From NCBI RefSeq assembly GCF_009914755.1, contig NC_060929.1: a DNA stretch of 64,000 nt. One strand, given 5' to 3'. Positions 26,297 through 39,850 of the stretch are shown here, piece by piece. Under the pieces are notes generated by a model, which worked only from the letters and a program-made list of their open reading frames with translations, was not told where the DNA came from and made no database searches. Position numbers and translations under genes: made by a program. The stretch is from the human T2T-CHM13v2.0 reference genome, Homo sapiens. Each line of letters starts with the position of its first letter. The stretch's first letter is position 1.

Positions 26297-28274
26297 ATGA
26301 ATATTTATGATTCATTGGAGGAGGTTAAAATAACATTAATAAGAGTTTGGAAGAAGTTGACTTCAACCCTCATGGATGACTTTGAAGGGTTCAAGACTTC
26401 AGTGAAGGAAGTAACTACAGATGTGGTAGAAACAGTAAGAAAACTAGAATTAGAAGTGGAATCTAAAGATGTAACTGAATTGCAGCAATCTCATAAGAAA
26501 ACTTGAACAAGTGTGAAGATAATTCCTATGGATGAGCAAAGAAAGTGGTTTCTTTAGTTACAGTTTACTCCTGGTGAAGATCCTATGAACATTGCTGAAA
26601 TAACAGTAAAGGATTTAGGATAGTACATAAAAGTAGTTGGTAAAGCAGCGGCAGGGTTTGAGAGGATTGTCTCCAATTTTGAAAGAAGTTATACTGAGGG
26701 TAAAATGCTGTCAAACATTATCACATGCTACAGAGAAATCTTTCAGGAAAGGAAGAGTTGATATATGCAGTGAACTTCATTATTGTCTTGTTTTCAGAAA
26801 TTGTCACAGCCACCCCAACCTTCAGCTACCACTACCCTGATTCATCAGCATCAATACCAAGGCAACATCCTCCACCAGAAAAAGATTACAACTCAAGCAC
26901 ATTCACCTGGGGATCTGGCAAGATGGCTGAATAGCAACAGCTCCAGTCTGCAGCTCCCAGTGAGACCAACACAGAAGGTGGGTGATTTCTGCATTTCCAA
27001 CTGAGGTACCCAGCACATCTCAGTGCGACTGATTAGACAGTGGGTGCAGCCCACGGAGGGTGAGCCAAAGCAGGGTGGGACATCGCCTAACCCAGGAAGC
27101 TCAAGAGGTTAGGAAACTCCCTCCCCCAGCCAAGGGAAGCTGTGAGGGACTGTGCCATGAGGGACTGTGCCAGCCCAGATACTATGCTCTTCCCACGGTC
27201 TTCGCAACCCACAGACCAGGAGATTCCCTTGGGTGCCTACACCACCAGGGCCCTAGGTTTCAAGCACAAAACTGGGCGGCCGTTTGGACAGACACTGAGC
27301 TAGCTGCAGGAGTTTTGTTTTTTGTTTTTTTTTGGTTTTGTTTTTGTTTTTTTCCCCAGTGGCACCTGGAACGCCAGTGAGACAGAATTGTTCACTCCCC
27401 TGGAAAGGGGACTGAAGCCAGGGAGCCCAGTGTTCTTGCTCAGCAGATCCCAGCCCCACAGAGCCCAGCAAGCTAAGATGCACAGACTTGAAATTCTCGC
27501 TGCCAGCACAGCAGTCTGAAGTTAACCTGGGATGCTTGAGCTTGGTGGGGGAAGAGGCATCTGCCATTACTGAGGCTTGAGTGGGCAGTTTTCCCCACAC
27601 AATGTAAACAAAGCCACTGGGAAGTTTGAACTGGGCAGAGCACACCACAGCACTGCAAATCCTCTGTGGCCAGACTGCCTGTCTAGATTCCTCCTCTCTG
27701 GGCAGGGCATCTCTGAAAGAAAGACAGCAGCTCCAGTCAGGGGCGTATAGATAAAACTCCCATCTCCCTGGGGCAGAGCACCTGGGGGAAGGTGCAGCTG
27801 TAAGTGCAGCTTCAGCAGACTTAAATGTTCCTGCCTGCTGGCTCTGAAGAGAGCAGTAGATCTCCCAGCACAGTGCTTGAGCTCTGCTAAGGGACAGACT
27901 GCCTCCTCAAGTGGGTCCCTGACCCCCTGCCTCCTGACTGGGAGACACTTCCCAGCAGGGATCGACAGACACCTCATACAGGAGAGCTCTGGCTGGCATC
28001 TGGTGGGTGCCCCTCTGGGATGAAGCTTCCAGAGGAAGGAACAGGCAGCAGTCTTTGCTGTTCTGCAGCCTCCACTGGTGATGCCCTGGCAAACAAGGTC
28101 TTGAATGGACCTCCAGCAAACTCCAGCAGACCTGCAGAAGAGGGGCCTGACTGTTAGAAGGAAAACTAACAAACAGAAAGCAATAACATCAACATCAACA
28201 AAAAGGACACCCACACAAAAAACCCATCCAAAGATCATCAACATCAAAGATCAAAGGTAGATAAATCCACAAAG

Positions 28275-29302
28275 ATGAGGTAAAACCAGCGCAAAAATGC
28301 TGAAAATTATAAAAACCAGAAAGCCTCTTCTCCTCCAAAGGATCACAACTCCTTGCCAGCAAGGGAACAAAACTGGACAGAGAATGAATTTGATGAATTG
28401 ACAGAAGTAGGCTTCAGAAGATGGGTAATAATAAACTCCTCCGAGCTAAAGAAGCATGTTCTAACCCAATGCAAGGAAGCTAAGAACCTTGATAAAAGGT
28501 GACAGGAACTGCTAACTAGAATAACCAATTTAGAGAAGAACATAAACGACCTGATAGAGCTGAAAAACACAGCATGAGAACTTTGTGAAGAATACACAAG
28601 TATCAATAGCCAAATCGATCGAGCAGAAGAAAGGCTATCAGAGATTGAAGATCAACTTAATGAAAAAAAGTGTGAAGACAAGATTAGAGGAAAAGAGAAT
28701 GAAAAGGAATGAAAAAGCCTCCAAGAAATATGGGACTATGTGAAAAGACCAAACCTACATTTGATTGGTGTATCTGAAAGTGACGGGGAGAATGGAACCA
28801 AGTTGGAAAACACACTTCAGGATATTATCCAGGAGAACTTCCCCCAACCTACCAATACAGGCCAACATTCAAATTCAGGAAATACAGAGAACAACACTAA
28901 GATACTCCTTGAGAAGAGCAACCCCAAGACACATAATCATGAGATTCACCAAGGTTGAAATGAAGGAAAAAAATGTTAAGGGCAGCCAGAGAGAAAGGTC
29001 ATGTTACCCACAAAGGGAAGCCCATCAGACTAACAGTGGGTCTGTCTGCAGAAACCCTACAAGCCAGAAGAGAGTGGGGGCCAATATTCTACATTCTTAA
29101 AGAAAAAAATTTTCAACCCAGAATTTCATATCCAGCCAAACTAAGCTTCATAAATGAAGGAGAAATAAAATCCTTTACAGACAAGCAAATGCTGAGGGAT
29201 TTTGTCACCACCAGGCCTGCCTTGCAAGAGCTCCTGAAGGAAGCACTAAATATGGAAAGGAAAAACCAGTGCCAGCCACTGCAAAAACGTATCAAAATGT
29301 AA
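28275..29302 (+). pseudogene. L1 ORF1p, disrupted
   Basis: Fragments KRPNLHLIGVSESDGENGTKLENTLQDIIQENFP and LRAAREKG...NFQPRISYPAKLSF; early stop and frameshifts. Confidence 0.9.
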
Positions 29303-30934
29303 AGACCATCAACACTGTGAAGAAACGTCATCAACTAATGTGCAAAATAACCAGCTAGCATCATAATGACAGGATCAAATTCACACATAACAATATTAAC
29401 CTTAAATGTAAATAGGCTAAATGCCCTAATTAAAAGACACAGACTGGCAAATTGGATAAAGAGTCAAGACCTATCAGTGTGCTGTATTCAGGAGATCCAT
29501 CTCACATGCAAAGACAAACATAAACTCAAAATAAAGGGATGTAGGAATATTTGCCAAGCAAATGGAAAGCAAAAAAAAGCAGAGGTTGCAATCCTAGTCT
29601 CTGATAAAACAGACTTTAAACCAACAAAGATCAAAAAAGACACAAGAGGGCATTAGATAATGGTAAAGGGATCAATGCAACAAGAAGAGCTAACTATCCT
29701 AAATATATATGCACCCAATACAGGAGCACCCAGATTCATAAAACAAATTCTTAGAGACCTACAAAGAGACTTATACTCCCACACAATAATAGTGGGAGAC
29801 TTTAACACCCCACTGTCAATATTAGACAGATCAACGAGACAGAAAATTACAAAGGACATTCAGGACTTGAACTCAGCTCTGGACCAAACAGACCTAAGAG
29901 ACATCTACAGAACTCCCCACCCCAAATTAACAGAATATACATTCTTCTCAGCACCACAGAGCACTTATTCTAAACCTGACCACATAATTGGAAGTTAAAC
30001 ACTCCTCAGTAAATGCAAAAGAATGGAAATCATAACAAACAGTCTCTCAGACCACGGTGCAATCAAATTAGAACTCAGGATTAAGGAACTCACTCAAAAC
30101 TGCACAACTACATGGAAACTTAACAACTTGCTCCTAAATGACTAATGGGTAAATAACAAAATAAAGGCAGAAATAAATAAGTTATTTGAAACCAATGAGA
30201 AGAAAGACACAATGTACCAGAATCTCTGGGACACAGCTAAAGCAGTGTTTAGAGGGAAATTTATAGCACTAAATGCCCATGGAGAAAGCGGGAAAGATCT
30301 AAAATCGACACCCTAACATCACAATTAAAAGAATTAGAAAAGCAAGAGCAAACAAATTCAAAAGCTAGCAGAAGGCAAGAAAAAACTAAAATCAGAGCAG
30401 AACTGAAGGAGATAGAGACACGAAAAACCCTTCAAAAAATCAATGAATTCAGTAGCTGGTTTTTTGAAATGGTTAACAAAATAGATAGACTGCTAGCCAG
30501 ACTAATAAAGAAGAAAAGAGAGAAGAATCAAATAGACACAATAAAAAATGATAAAGGAGATCTCACACTGATCCCACAGAAATACAAACTACCATCAGAA
30601 AATCCTACAAATACCTCTACGCAAAAAAACTAGAAAATCTAGAAGAAATGGATAAATTCCTGTACATATATACCCTCCCAAGACTAAACCAGGAAGAAGT
30701 CGAATCCCTGAATAGACCAATGATAACTTTTGAAATTGAGGCAGTAATTAATAGCCTACCAACCAAAAAAAGCCCAGGACCAGATGGATTCACAGCCAAA
30801 TTCTACTAGAGGTACAAAGAGAAGCTGGTACCATTCCTTCTGAAACTATTCCAAACAATAGAAAAAGAAAGACTCCTCCCTAACTCATTTTATGAGGCCT
30901 ATGAGGCCAGCATTCCTGATACCAAAACCTGGCA

Positions 30935-30935
<1 letters not shown>

Positions 30936-30988
<53 letters not shown>
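30936..30988. repeat. (CA)~26 perfect microsatellite inside L1 ORF2
   Basis: Uninterrupted AC run. Confidence 0.97.
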
Positions 30989-30989
<1 letters not shown>

Positions 30990-31047
30990 TTCAGGCTAAT
31001 ATCCCTGATGTACGTCAATGCGAAAATCCTCAATAAAATACTGGCAA

Positions 31048-31382
<335 letters not shown>

Positions 31383-31994
31383 TCAAAAAGCTTTTCCACC
31401 ATAATAAAGTCAGCTTCATCCCTAGGATGCAAGGCTGGTTCAACATATACAAATCAATAAACGTAATCCATCACATAAACAGAACCAATGACAAAAACCA
31501 CATGATTATCTCAATAGATGCAGAAAAGGCCTTTGATAAAATTCAACACCCCTTAATGGTAAAAACACTCAATAAACTAGATATTGATGGAATATATCTC
31601 AAAATAATAAGAGCTATTTATGACAAAGCCACAGCCAATATCATACTAAATTGGCAAAAGCTGGAAGCATTCCCTTTTAAAACTGGCACAAGACAAGGAT
31701 GCCCTCTCTCACCACTCCTATTCAACATAGTATTGGAAGTTCTGGCCAGGGCAATCAGGCAAGAGAAAGAAATAAAGGGTATTCAAATAGGAAGAGAGGG
31801 AGTCAAATTGTCTCTATTTGCAGATGACGTGGTTGTATATTTAGAAAACCCCATCATCTCAGCCCCAAAACTCCTTAAGCTGACAAGCAACTTCAGCAAA
31901 GTCTCAAGATACAAACTCAATGTGCAAAAACCACAAGCATTCCTATACATCAATAATAGACAAACAGAGAGCCAAATCATGAGTGAACTCATGA

Positions 31995-32093
<99 letters not shown>

Positions 32094-33053
32094 TAAGAGA
32101 GGCCACAAACAAATGGAAAAACATTCCATGCTCATGGATAGGAAGAGTCAATATTGTGAAAATGGCCATACTGCCCAGGGTAATTTGTAGATTCAATGCT
32201 ATTCCCATCAAGCTACCACTGACTTTCTTCACAGAATTAGAAAAAACTACTTTAAATTTCATATGGAACCAAAAAAGAGCCTGTATAGCCAAGACAATCC
32301 TAAGCAAAAAGAAGAAAGCTGGAGGTATCATGCTACCTGACTTCAAACTATAGTACAAGGCTACAGCAACCAAAACAGCATGGTACTGGTACCAAAACAG
32401 ATATATAGACCAATGGAACAGAACAGAGGCCTCAGAAATAACACCACACATCTACAACCATCTGATCTTTGACAAACCTGACAAAAGCAAGCAACGGGAA
32501 AATAATTCCCTATTTAATAAATGGTGTTGGGAAAACTGTCTAGCCATATGCAGAACACTGAAACTGGACCCCTTCCTTACACCTTATACAAAAATTAACT
32601 TAAGATGGATTAAAGACTTAAATGTAAGACCTAAAACCATACAAATTCTAGAAGAAAACCTAGGCAGTACCATTCAGGACCCAGGCATGGGCAAAGACTT
32701 CATGACTAAAACACCAAAAGCAATGGCAACAAAAGCCAAAATTGACAAATGGGATCTAATTAAACTAAAGAGCTTCTGCACAGCAAAGGAAACCATCATC
32801 GGAGTGAACAGGCAACCTACAGAAAGGGAGAAAATGTTTGCAATCTATCCATCTGACGAAGGTCTAATATCCAGAATCTACAAGGAACTTAAACAAATTT
32901 ACAAAACAACAACAAACAACCCCATCAAAAAGTGGGCAAAGGATATGAACAGACACTTCTCAAAAGAAGATAGTTATGCAGCCAACAAACATATGAAAAA
33001 AAGCTCACCATCACTGGTCATTAGGGAAATGCAAATCAAAACCACAATAAGAT

Positions 33054-33345
<292 letters not shown>

Positions 33346-34392
33346 CCGCTATAAGGTACCATCTCACTCCAGTTAGAATGTCAATCATTAAAAAGTCAGG
33401 AAACAACAGATGCTGAAGAGGATGCGGAAAAATAGGGACACTTTTACACTGTTGGTGGGAACGTAAATTAGTTCAATCATTGTGGAAGAGAGTGTGGCTA
33501 TTCCTCAAGGATCTAGAACTAGAAATACATTTGACCCAGCAATCCCGTTACTGGGTATATACCCAAAGGATTATAAATCATTCTACTATAAAGACACATG
33601 AACATGTATGTTTACTGCAGCACTATTTACAATAGCAAAGACTTGGAACCAACCCAAATGCCCATCAATGATAGACTGGATTAAAAAAAAATGTGGCACA
33701 TATATGCCATGAAATACTATGCAGCCATAAAGAAGAATGAGTTCATGTCCTTTGCAGGGACATGGATGAAGCTGGAAACTATCATTCTCAGCAAACTAAC
33801 ACAGGAACAGAAAACCACACATCACATGTTCTCATAAGTGGCAGCTGAACAATGAGAACACATGGACAGAGGGAGGGGAACATCACACACCAGGGCCTGT
33901 CGGTGGGGTAGGGGGCAAGAGGAGGGATAACATTAGGAGAAATACCTAATGTAGATGATGGGTTCATGGGTGCAGCAAACGACCATGTTACGTGTATACC
34001 TATGTAACAAACCTGCACGTTCTGCACATGTATCCCAGAACTTAAAGTATAATAATAATAATAATAAAGATTACAACTCACTGAGGGCTCAGATGATCTT
34101 TTTTTAAGCAATAAAGTATTTAATTAAGAGATGTACTTTTTTTAGACATAGTACTATTGGACATTTAAAAAACTACAGTATAGCGTAAACATAACTTTTT
34201 ATATAACATAGTATAAATATAACTTTTTTATTTGGAACCAACAATAAGCGTGACTCACTTTATTGAAATATTTGCTTTATTGCAGTGGTCTGGAAGTGAA
34301 CCCACAGTATCTCTGAGCTAAGCTTGTACTCATATCCAACTAGTTGTTGGTGCCTTGTAGAAATGTGGCCCAGCATGGCCAGAACTTCTTTT

Positions 34393-34704
34393 AATTTTTT
34401 TCTTTCTTTTTTTTTTTTCTTTTGAGACAGGGTCTCCCTATCACCCAGGCTGGATGGAGTGCAGTGGCGTACTCACAGCTCACCGCAGCCTCAACCTCCC
34501 AGGCTCAGTTGATCCTCCCACCTCAGCCTCCTGAGTAGCTAGGAATATAGGTGTGCACGACCACACACACCTAGTTTTTGTATTTTTTGTAGAGACAGGG
34601 TTTTGCCATGTTTCCCCGGCTGGTCTTGAATTCCTAAGCTCAAGCAATCCACCTACCTCAGCCTCCCAAAGTGCTATTACAGGCATGAGCCACTGTGCCC
34701 GGCC
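34393..34704 (-). mobile_element. AluJ
   Basis: Reverse-complement J-type dimer; TSD aacttctttt at 34383-34392 and 34705-34714. Confidence 0.9.
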
Positions 34705-35199
34705 AACTTCTTTTCCTGTTAAAGAATCTGAACATTTATATTTTGGGGTCAAATCTCAGAATTTTTAAATGCTGGCAACTAAACTGGAATGTTTAAAATT
34801 TCCAGGTTGACCAAGCACACGGGCTAGCTTTGGCTGTGAGATAACTGGGAAAGGCTGTGAGATAACAGATATGAAGGGCCCAGCTCAGAGACCCTACTCT
34901 TAACTTAGCATTTATTAGTATTATAGTGATTTACAATACATACCCAGTTCCCAGAGAACTCTTAGCCCAGAAGAGAAAATAGAGTACACATATATACAGA
35001 TAGAACCTATGGTCAAAATTGTGAATGTGAGACTGGAGAGATCATTTCCCTAGAAAACAAAGCAGGCTACCTGGAGGAGGTGGCATAGGCATGGGTTCAG
35101 GAGGAGTTGTAAAACCCAGTGGTCCTTGGCTGCATGATTAACAGAGCATTTCATCAACTCCCTAATCTGGTGAGGTCATAAAAAATGTCATCTGATACT

Positions 35200-36903
35200 G
35201 TGTTCTTAGATAGAAAGCATTCACATCATAAAAATGATAATTGTCCCTAAGTTAATTTATAAACTCTAGGCAATCCTAATAAAAATACCATCAGGTTTTC
35301 CTTTTTCCCGCAGCTGAAAAAATTGATTATAAAGTTCATTGGGAAGAACAACAAATCAGAATAGTGGGGAAAATCAAAAAGGAAGAACAAAGAGGAAGGC
35401 TTACCCTAACAGATACTAAAGCATGCTATAAAGCCTCTATAAGTGAAATGAAACAGAATAGGAAAGTCAGAAAAAGACCCAATTGCATATGCAAATGTAA
35501 AATATTATAAAGGCAACAGCTCAAATCAGTGGGAAAGTAATAGACTTTTAGATATTGAGATAATTAGAGAGTCATATAGTCATATAAAAAAAGCTAAAAT
35601 TGGATTCATTCCTCATGTCATTCACCAAGATAAATCCCAAATGGATCAGAAATGTAAGTGTAAGAATATGAAACCATACAAGTACTGGAAGAAAGCATAG
35701 TTGGCTTCCTCTATAGCCTGGGAATGGAGAAATCATTACTAACTGTATTCAAAATCTATAAGCAGTAAGAGAAAATATAAATTGATTTCATTCAAAAAAT
35801 TTTTGTATAGCAAAAGATGTTACAAGCAAAGGGTAAAGATAAATGACCAACTGGGGATAATATTTACAGCTTATGTCACAGCGAAAGAATTCATATATCT
35901 AATATATAAAGAGCTTCTAAAATTGGAGAGGAAAAAGTTCAATAAGCCTATATAAAAATAGGCTGCAGAATTGTACCAACAGTCCACAAAGAAAGAAGTG
36001 CAAGTGGCTCTTAACCTTATGAAATATACTCAAACTTGCTCATAATAAGAAAAGTGTACATTTTAAAACTATATCTGGGGGTATAACTTCACACTTATTC
36101 AACTGGAAAAAGATAAAAGTTGGACAAATTCTCTGCTGGTAAATCTCTGAAGAAACAGTCTCTCGAGATCTGCTGGTATAAATGCAAAATTATGCAATCC
36201 CTATGGAGAAGAATTTGACAATATCTGGAAAAATTACATACGCATTTACCTTTGAACCAGCAATCCTATTTTTAAAAAATACAACAAAAAAATACACTGG
36301 TAAAATATGAAGAGATGTATGCACAAGGCTATTCGCTGAAGAACTATTTGTGGTATTAAAAGATTGGAAACAATCTAAATCTCTATCCAAGAAAGACTAA
36401 TCGAACAAACTATAATATACTCATACTGGGTAACCAACCTGCTTGGTTTGTCCAGAACTTTCAATGCTAAAACCGGGAAATCCTGAGCAAAACAGGACAA
36501 GTTAGACATTCTTACAATTGAGGACTGTAAAACTGTAAAGGAGGAATGAGCACTATCTCTTTATACTAGTGTGGAGTGATCATCAGAATACATAGTTACA
36601 TTTAAAAAATGCAAGCTAGAGGAAAGTATTTAGAGTGTACTACTGTGTAAGTAAAGGGTGAATATGAAACATACACAGACACACACACCTGCTTATATTA
36701 AAAAGAAAGAATAAAAAATAAACCATCACCATTATTTTAAGTCGCTAAATATAAAGAGATAAAGAGAATAGAGTAGAAGGTACAGAATTACAAGCTAGAT
36801 TTCTGTGGATAATCTTGTTTGGTAGATTTGACTTGGAATCGTGTAAATATTTAATACAATTACAAACTTAAATTTTAAAAAGCAATTCCTAAAAATAAAA
36901 AAT
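35200..36903 (+). mobile_element. Old L1 ORF2 3' part and 3'UTR (L1MC4a-like)
   Basis: A-rich degenerate ORF2 (gcaatcctaataaaaatacca, gaaccagcaatcctatt) and a 3'UTR ending gatttgacttggaatcgtgtaaatatt...aaagcaattcctaaaaat. Confidence 0.75.
36427..36514. mobile_element. MER81/MER94-like hAT-Blackjack MITE inside the L1
   Basis: gggtaaccaacctgcttggtttgtccag ... cctgagcaaaacaggacaagttagacattctta degenerate inverted ends. Confidence 0.55.
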
Positions 36904-36904
36904 A

Positions 36905-37735
36905 CAACTTCTGCTTCAAACCGTGCTATAATAACTGGGTTTGGACCAGCCCTTCCCCAATTAAGAAATATTAAAGTAACTATTTTTAAATGTTGCAGTT
37001 GTGCAACATTTAAAATAGTTGCCCTGGCTTTCTACTAGAAGGCACCGCTCCAGACCACACAACGCAGAGAGGTGAACTTCAAGCAGAGCATAGAAGTTCT
37101 GCAGAGATGAGCAGGCACAGATTAGAGTTCAAGGCTGCTAAGCCAGTTGGAATTGCAGGTCTGGGTACCAGACACGAAGGACTTGCGCATAGAAAGAGCT
37201 CTGAAATCTGCATTGGTAGATGGGGGTCCCCTTAGGTCTTTAGCCAAATGTAAAAAATAAATGCACAGGACTAGATTCTGCAAAGGCTGGCAGAGAACAG
37301 CTACAAAGGAACTGAAAGCTGAATGCAGATTCCAAAGTCACAGTTCTGGGTGACATATGAGTTCTGATTGTCCAGAATGGAGAGATCTGCTAACACCCTA
37401 AGCATTCATTCAACTGAGATTCTAGAAAAGCCACAGCTTAGAGTATAGGGCTATTCTAGTTCCAGAGAAAGAACTAATTTAGACACATCTTTACAACGCT
37501 TAAAAAAACACACACACAAGACTTTAAAGGATGAGGCTTTTGATATGCTAGCAAATTAACTGCCTGTTCCCCACCCCGACCCCCAAAAAACTCAAACTCG
37601 TTAAAGGAAGACATCAAATTCCAGAATCTGAACAACGTAACATCCACGATATGTATCTTATGATTAAAAGTTATTAAACATGCGATCTAACAAAAAAGGA
37701 GACTATAACCAGGAAAAATAAGTTATCAATAGTAA
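36905..37735 (+). mobile_element. Ancient L1 5' region (L1ME/L1M-like)
   Basis: acttctgcttc start; agcaaattaactgcctg...ccagaatctgaacaacgtaacatccac...ataaccaggaaaaa. Confidence 0.45.
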
Positions 37736-37739
37736 TCAA

Positions 37740-38330
37740 AGTTAAACAAACTTTTTGTTTCCAATAAACATGGAAACAAATCAATAAGATAATTTCACAT
37801 AGAAATAACCGTTTTAAAGAAAATTTTAAAACAGAGTAATGGCACAACGACTGGCAAGGAGAAGAGGATCAGCATTGATTGAGTGAGGAAGGAGCCCTGA
37901 GCGCTGAGACCTGAGTGGCGAAAAAGCCAGTTAGCAAAGGTCCAGGGGAAAGGCTGCCAGCAGAGCTGTGAGCACAGAGGTTCTGAGGCGGGAATGGATG
38001 ATCTTGGACTGGCAGGAGAAAAGGTCAGAGGAAGCCAGGTAGGGAGGCCCAGATCATGAAACTGTTAGTCATGTTAGGCTATGGTTAAGGGTTTGGGTTT
38101 TGTTTTAAGAGCGATGGGAATAGATTCTAGGGTTTTAGGCAGAGGAGTGGCATGACCTGATGGGCATGGTTAACAGCTAGCTCTGGCCACAGTGTGGAAC
38201 ACGGATTTTCAGGGAGGCCTGGAGGCCAGAAGGCCAGTTAGGAAGCTGTGCCAATGTCCATGCATGGGAGGTGATGTGTTCTGAGTTTAGAGAAGCTCTG
38301 GGGACTGAGAGAGCAAGTGTGTGCATCTTC
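37740..38330 (-). mobile_element. L2 LINE
   Basis: gctgagacctgagtgg...gggtttgggttttgttttaagagcgatggg...ggttttaggcagaggagtggcatgacctga...ctctggccacagtgtgg. Confidence 0.7.
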
Positions 38331-38820
38331 ACAACAGGGGACCTGATAAATAAATCTATGCCACATCCCTGAAAGATTCTGCAACCACAGCCACTGTGCA
38401 GATCTGAATAAACTGCCAACGTGCATTTTGAGCAGAAACAGCATATTGCACAACTGCACAGATATTTTATGAGCCCAACTATGTAAAATTAAATACTCAT
38501 TTCTGTATCAGTTTATCTATATATAAAGAGACATCTGGGAAGATACCGAGTTGTCAGTAATTTTTCTGGGAAGCGATGTTTTCTGTTGCGTTTTGTTTTT
38601 GCTTTTTTCTTACTTTGTTTAAAATTTCTGAGTGAAATTTTTTTCAGTGAGTATATATCATTTCTACAAAAGCCTATGGTTAGGAAAAAGAGTATATATG
38701 AGTATACGTCATTTCTACAAAAGACTTTTGTTAGGAAGAAAAAGAGGAGAAGGAGGACAGAAAGGAAGGAAGGAAAAAAATAAAGACCAATCTCCTTGTG
38801 TCCCTACCCGAGCCTTGCTA

Positions 38821-38838
38821 ACACACACACACACACAC

Positions 38839-38868
<30 letters not shown>
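38821..38868. repeat. (CA)n(CG)5(CA)n compound microsatellite
   Basis: acacacacacacacacacgcgcgcgcgcacacacac... Confidence 0.95.
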
Positions 38869-38869
<1 letters not shown>

Positions 38870-39639
38870 CCAGCACAGGGATGTGAAAGGCAGCTGAACC
38901 AACTCCAGACACGTATCTTCCAAGTACACCACTGGAGGCCCAGAGAGTACCTTTCCGAGAGGATGATTAATCCTGCTACAACATGGTTCAGGTGCCCGAA
39001 GCAAAGACCCTTCACTCCTTCAGAGGCTGGCTTTGAATTTAAGAGGCAGGAAGTGGAGACAGCACTTTTGAAGCAGCTTACCGGTCCCCCACACACCCTG
39101 AAGCTGCTGAGCTGCCTTCACCCCACCTGGAATTGTCCAAAAGGAAACACACCAGAGCGTGGGGGAGGTCAGGGCACCTGTGGCTGGAGACCCAGGCTCA
39201 GCTGGGCATACTTACAGAGATCTCTTCATCCTCCCAGAAGGAAAACTCAGAGCTCAACAGGCAGACAGGACATAGTGACAAGGGGAGAAGGTAGAGGAAG
39301 CATGCTCATGTACTCCTAGGTGCCAGCGATTGTCACTCGGCACCTGTGGTTACAAGCCCCTGGCCCTCCATGTGTATTTTGTTTGGGTTACAAACTGGAA
39401 ATTAGTTGTCAAGGTCTAAAAGTTAGTTTTATATACAACTCTGAATTTGTGGGTGGTGTTTTTGTTTTTTGGTTTTTGGTTTTTTGGGGGTTTTTTTGGG
39501 TTTTTTTGGAAATTTGGGAAAATGGCATTTGCTGAACCTGCCTTCCCACCAGGAACAACCGGCTAGTACCGAGCGGTGGCTTCTTCTTCAAGGTTGTGCT
39601 CCCTTGCTTGCCACCACTTAGCAATCACTCATCTCTATA

Positions 39640-39850
39640 ACTTTCCTGGGGCACTTAGGCATGTGCCTTTGCTACTCCTTCCATTTAGTAACCCCTTTAC
39701 TCTTCACACAAACCTGAGATGTGAGAACGATGTCCATTTTATGGAAGATTCAGAGATTCAGAGAGGTTAAGTGACTTGCCCAAGATCACACAGCTTTAAG
39801 TGACAGAGCAAGGATTCAAACCTCTGACTTCAAAGTTTATGTCCTTGGCA
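39640..39850 (-). mobile_element. MIR SINE
   Basis: cagagaggttaagtgacttgcccaagatcacacagct core. Confidence 0.8.

Larger units (their letters stand above)
24766..26506 (+). pseudogene. Disrupted Tigger1 transposase (pogo/CENP-B-like HTH and DDE domains)
   Basis: ORF fragments 24785-25015, 25338-25724, 25627-25857 and 26297-26506 separated by stops, frameshifts, an internal deletion near 25080 and Alu insertions. Confidence 0.85.

Noticed and set aside
24766-26506. Domesticated TIGD1-like gene
   Set aside because: The transposase frame is broken by stops, frameshifts, a deletion and Alu insertions.
27567-28247. 226-aa antisense ORF in the L1 5'UTR
   Set aside because: Lies entirely in L1 5'UTR antisense sequence with a non-ATG start; no evidence of a host gene, and I cannot equate it with L1 ORF0.
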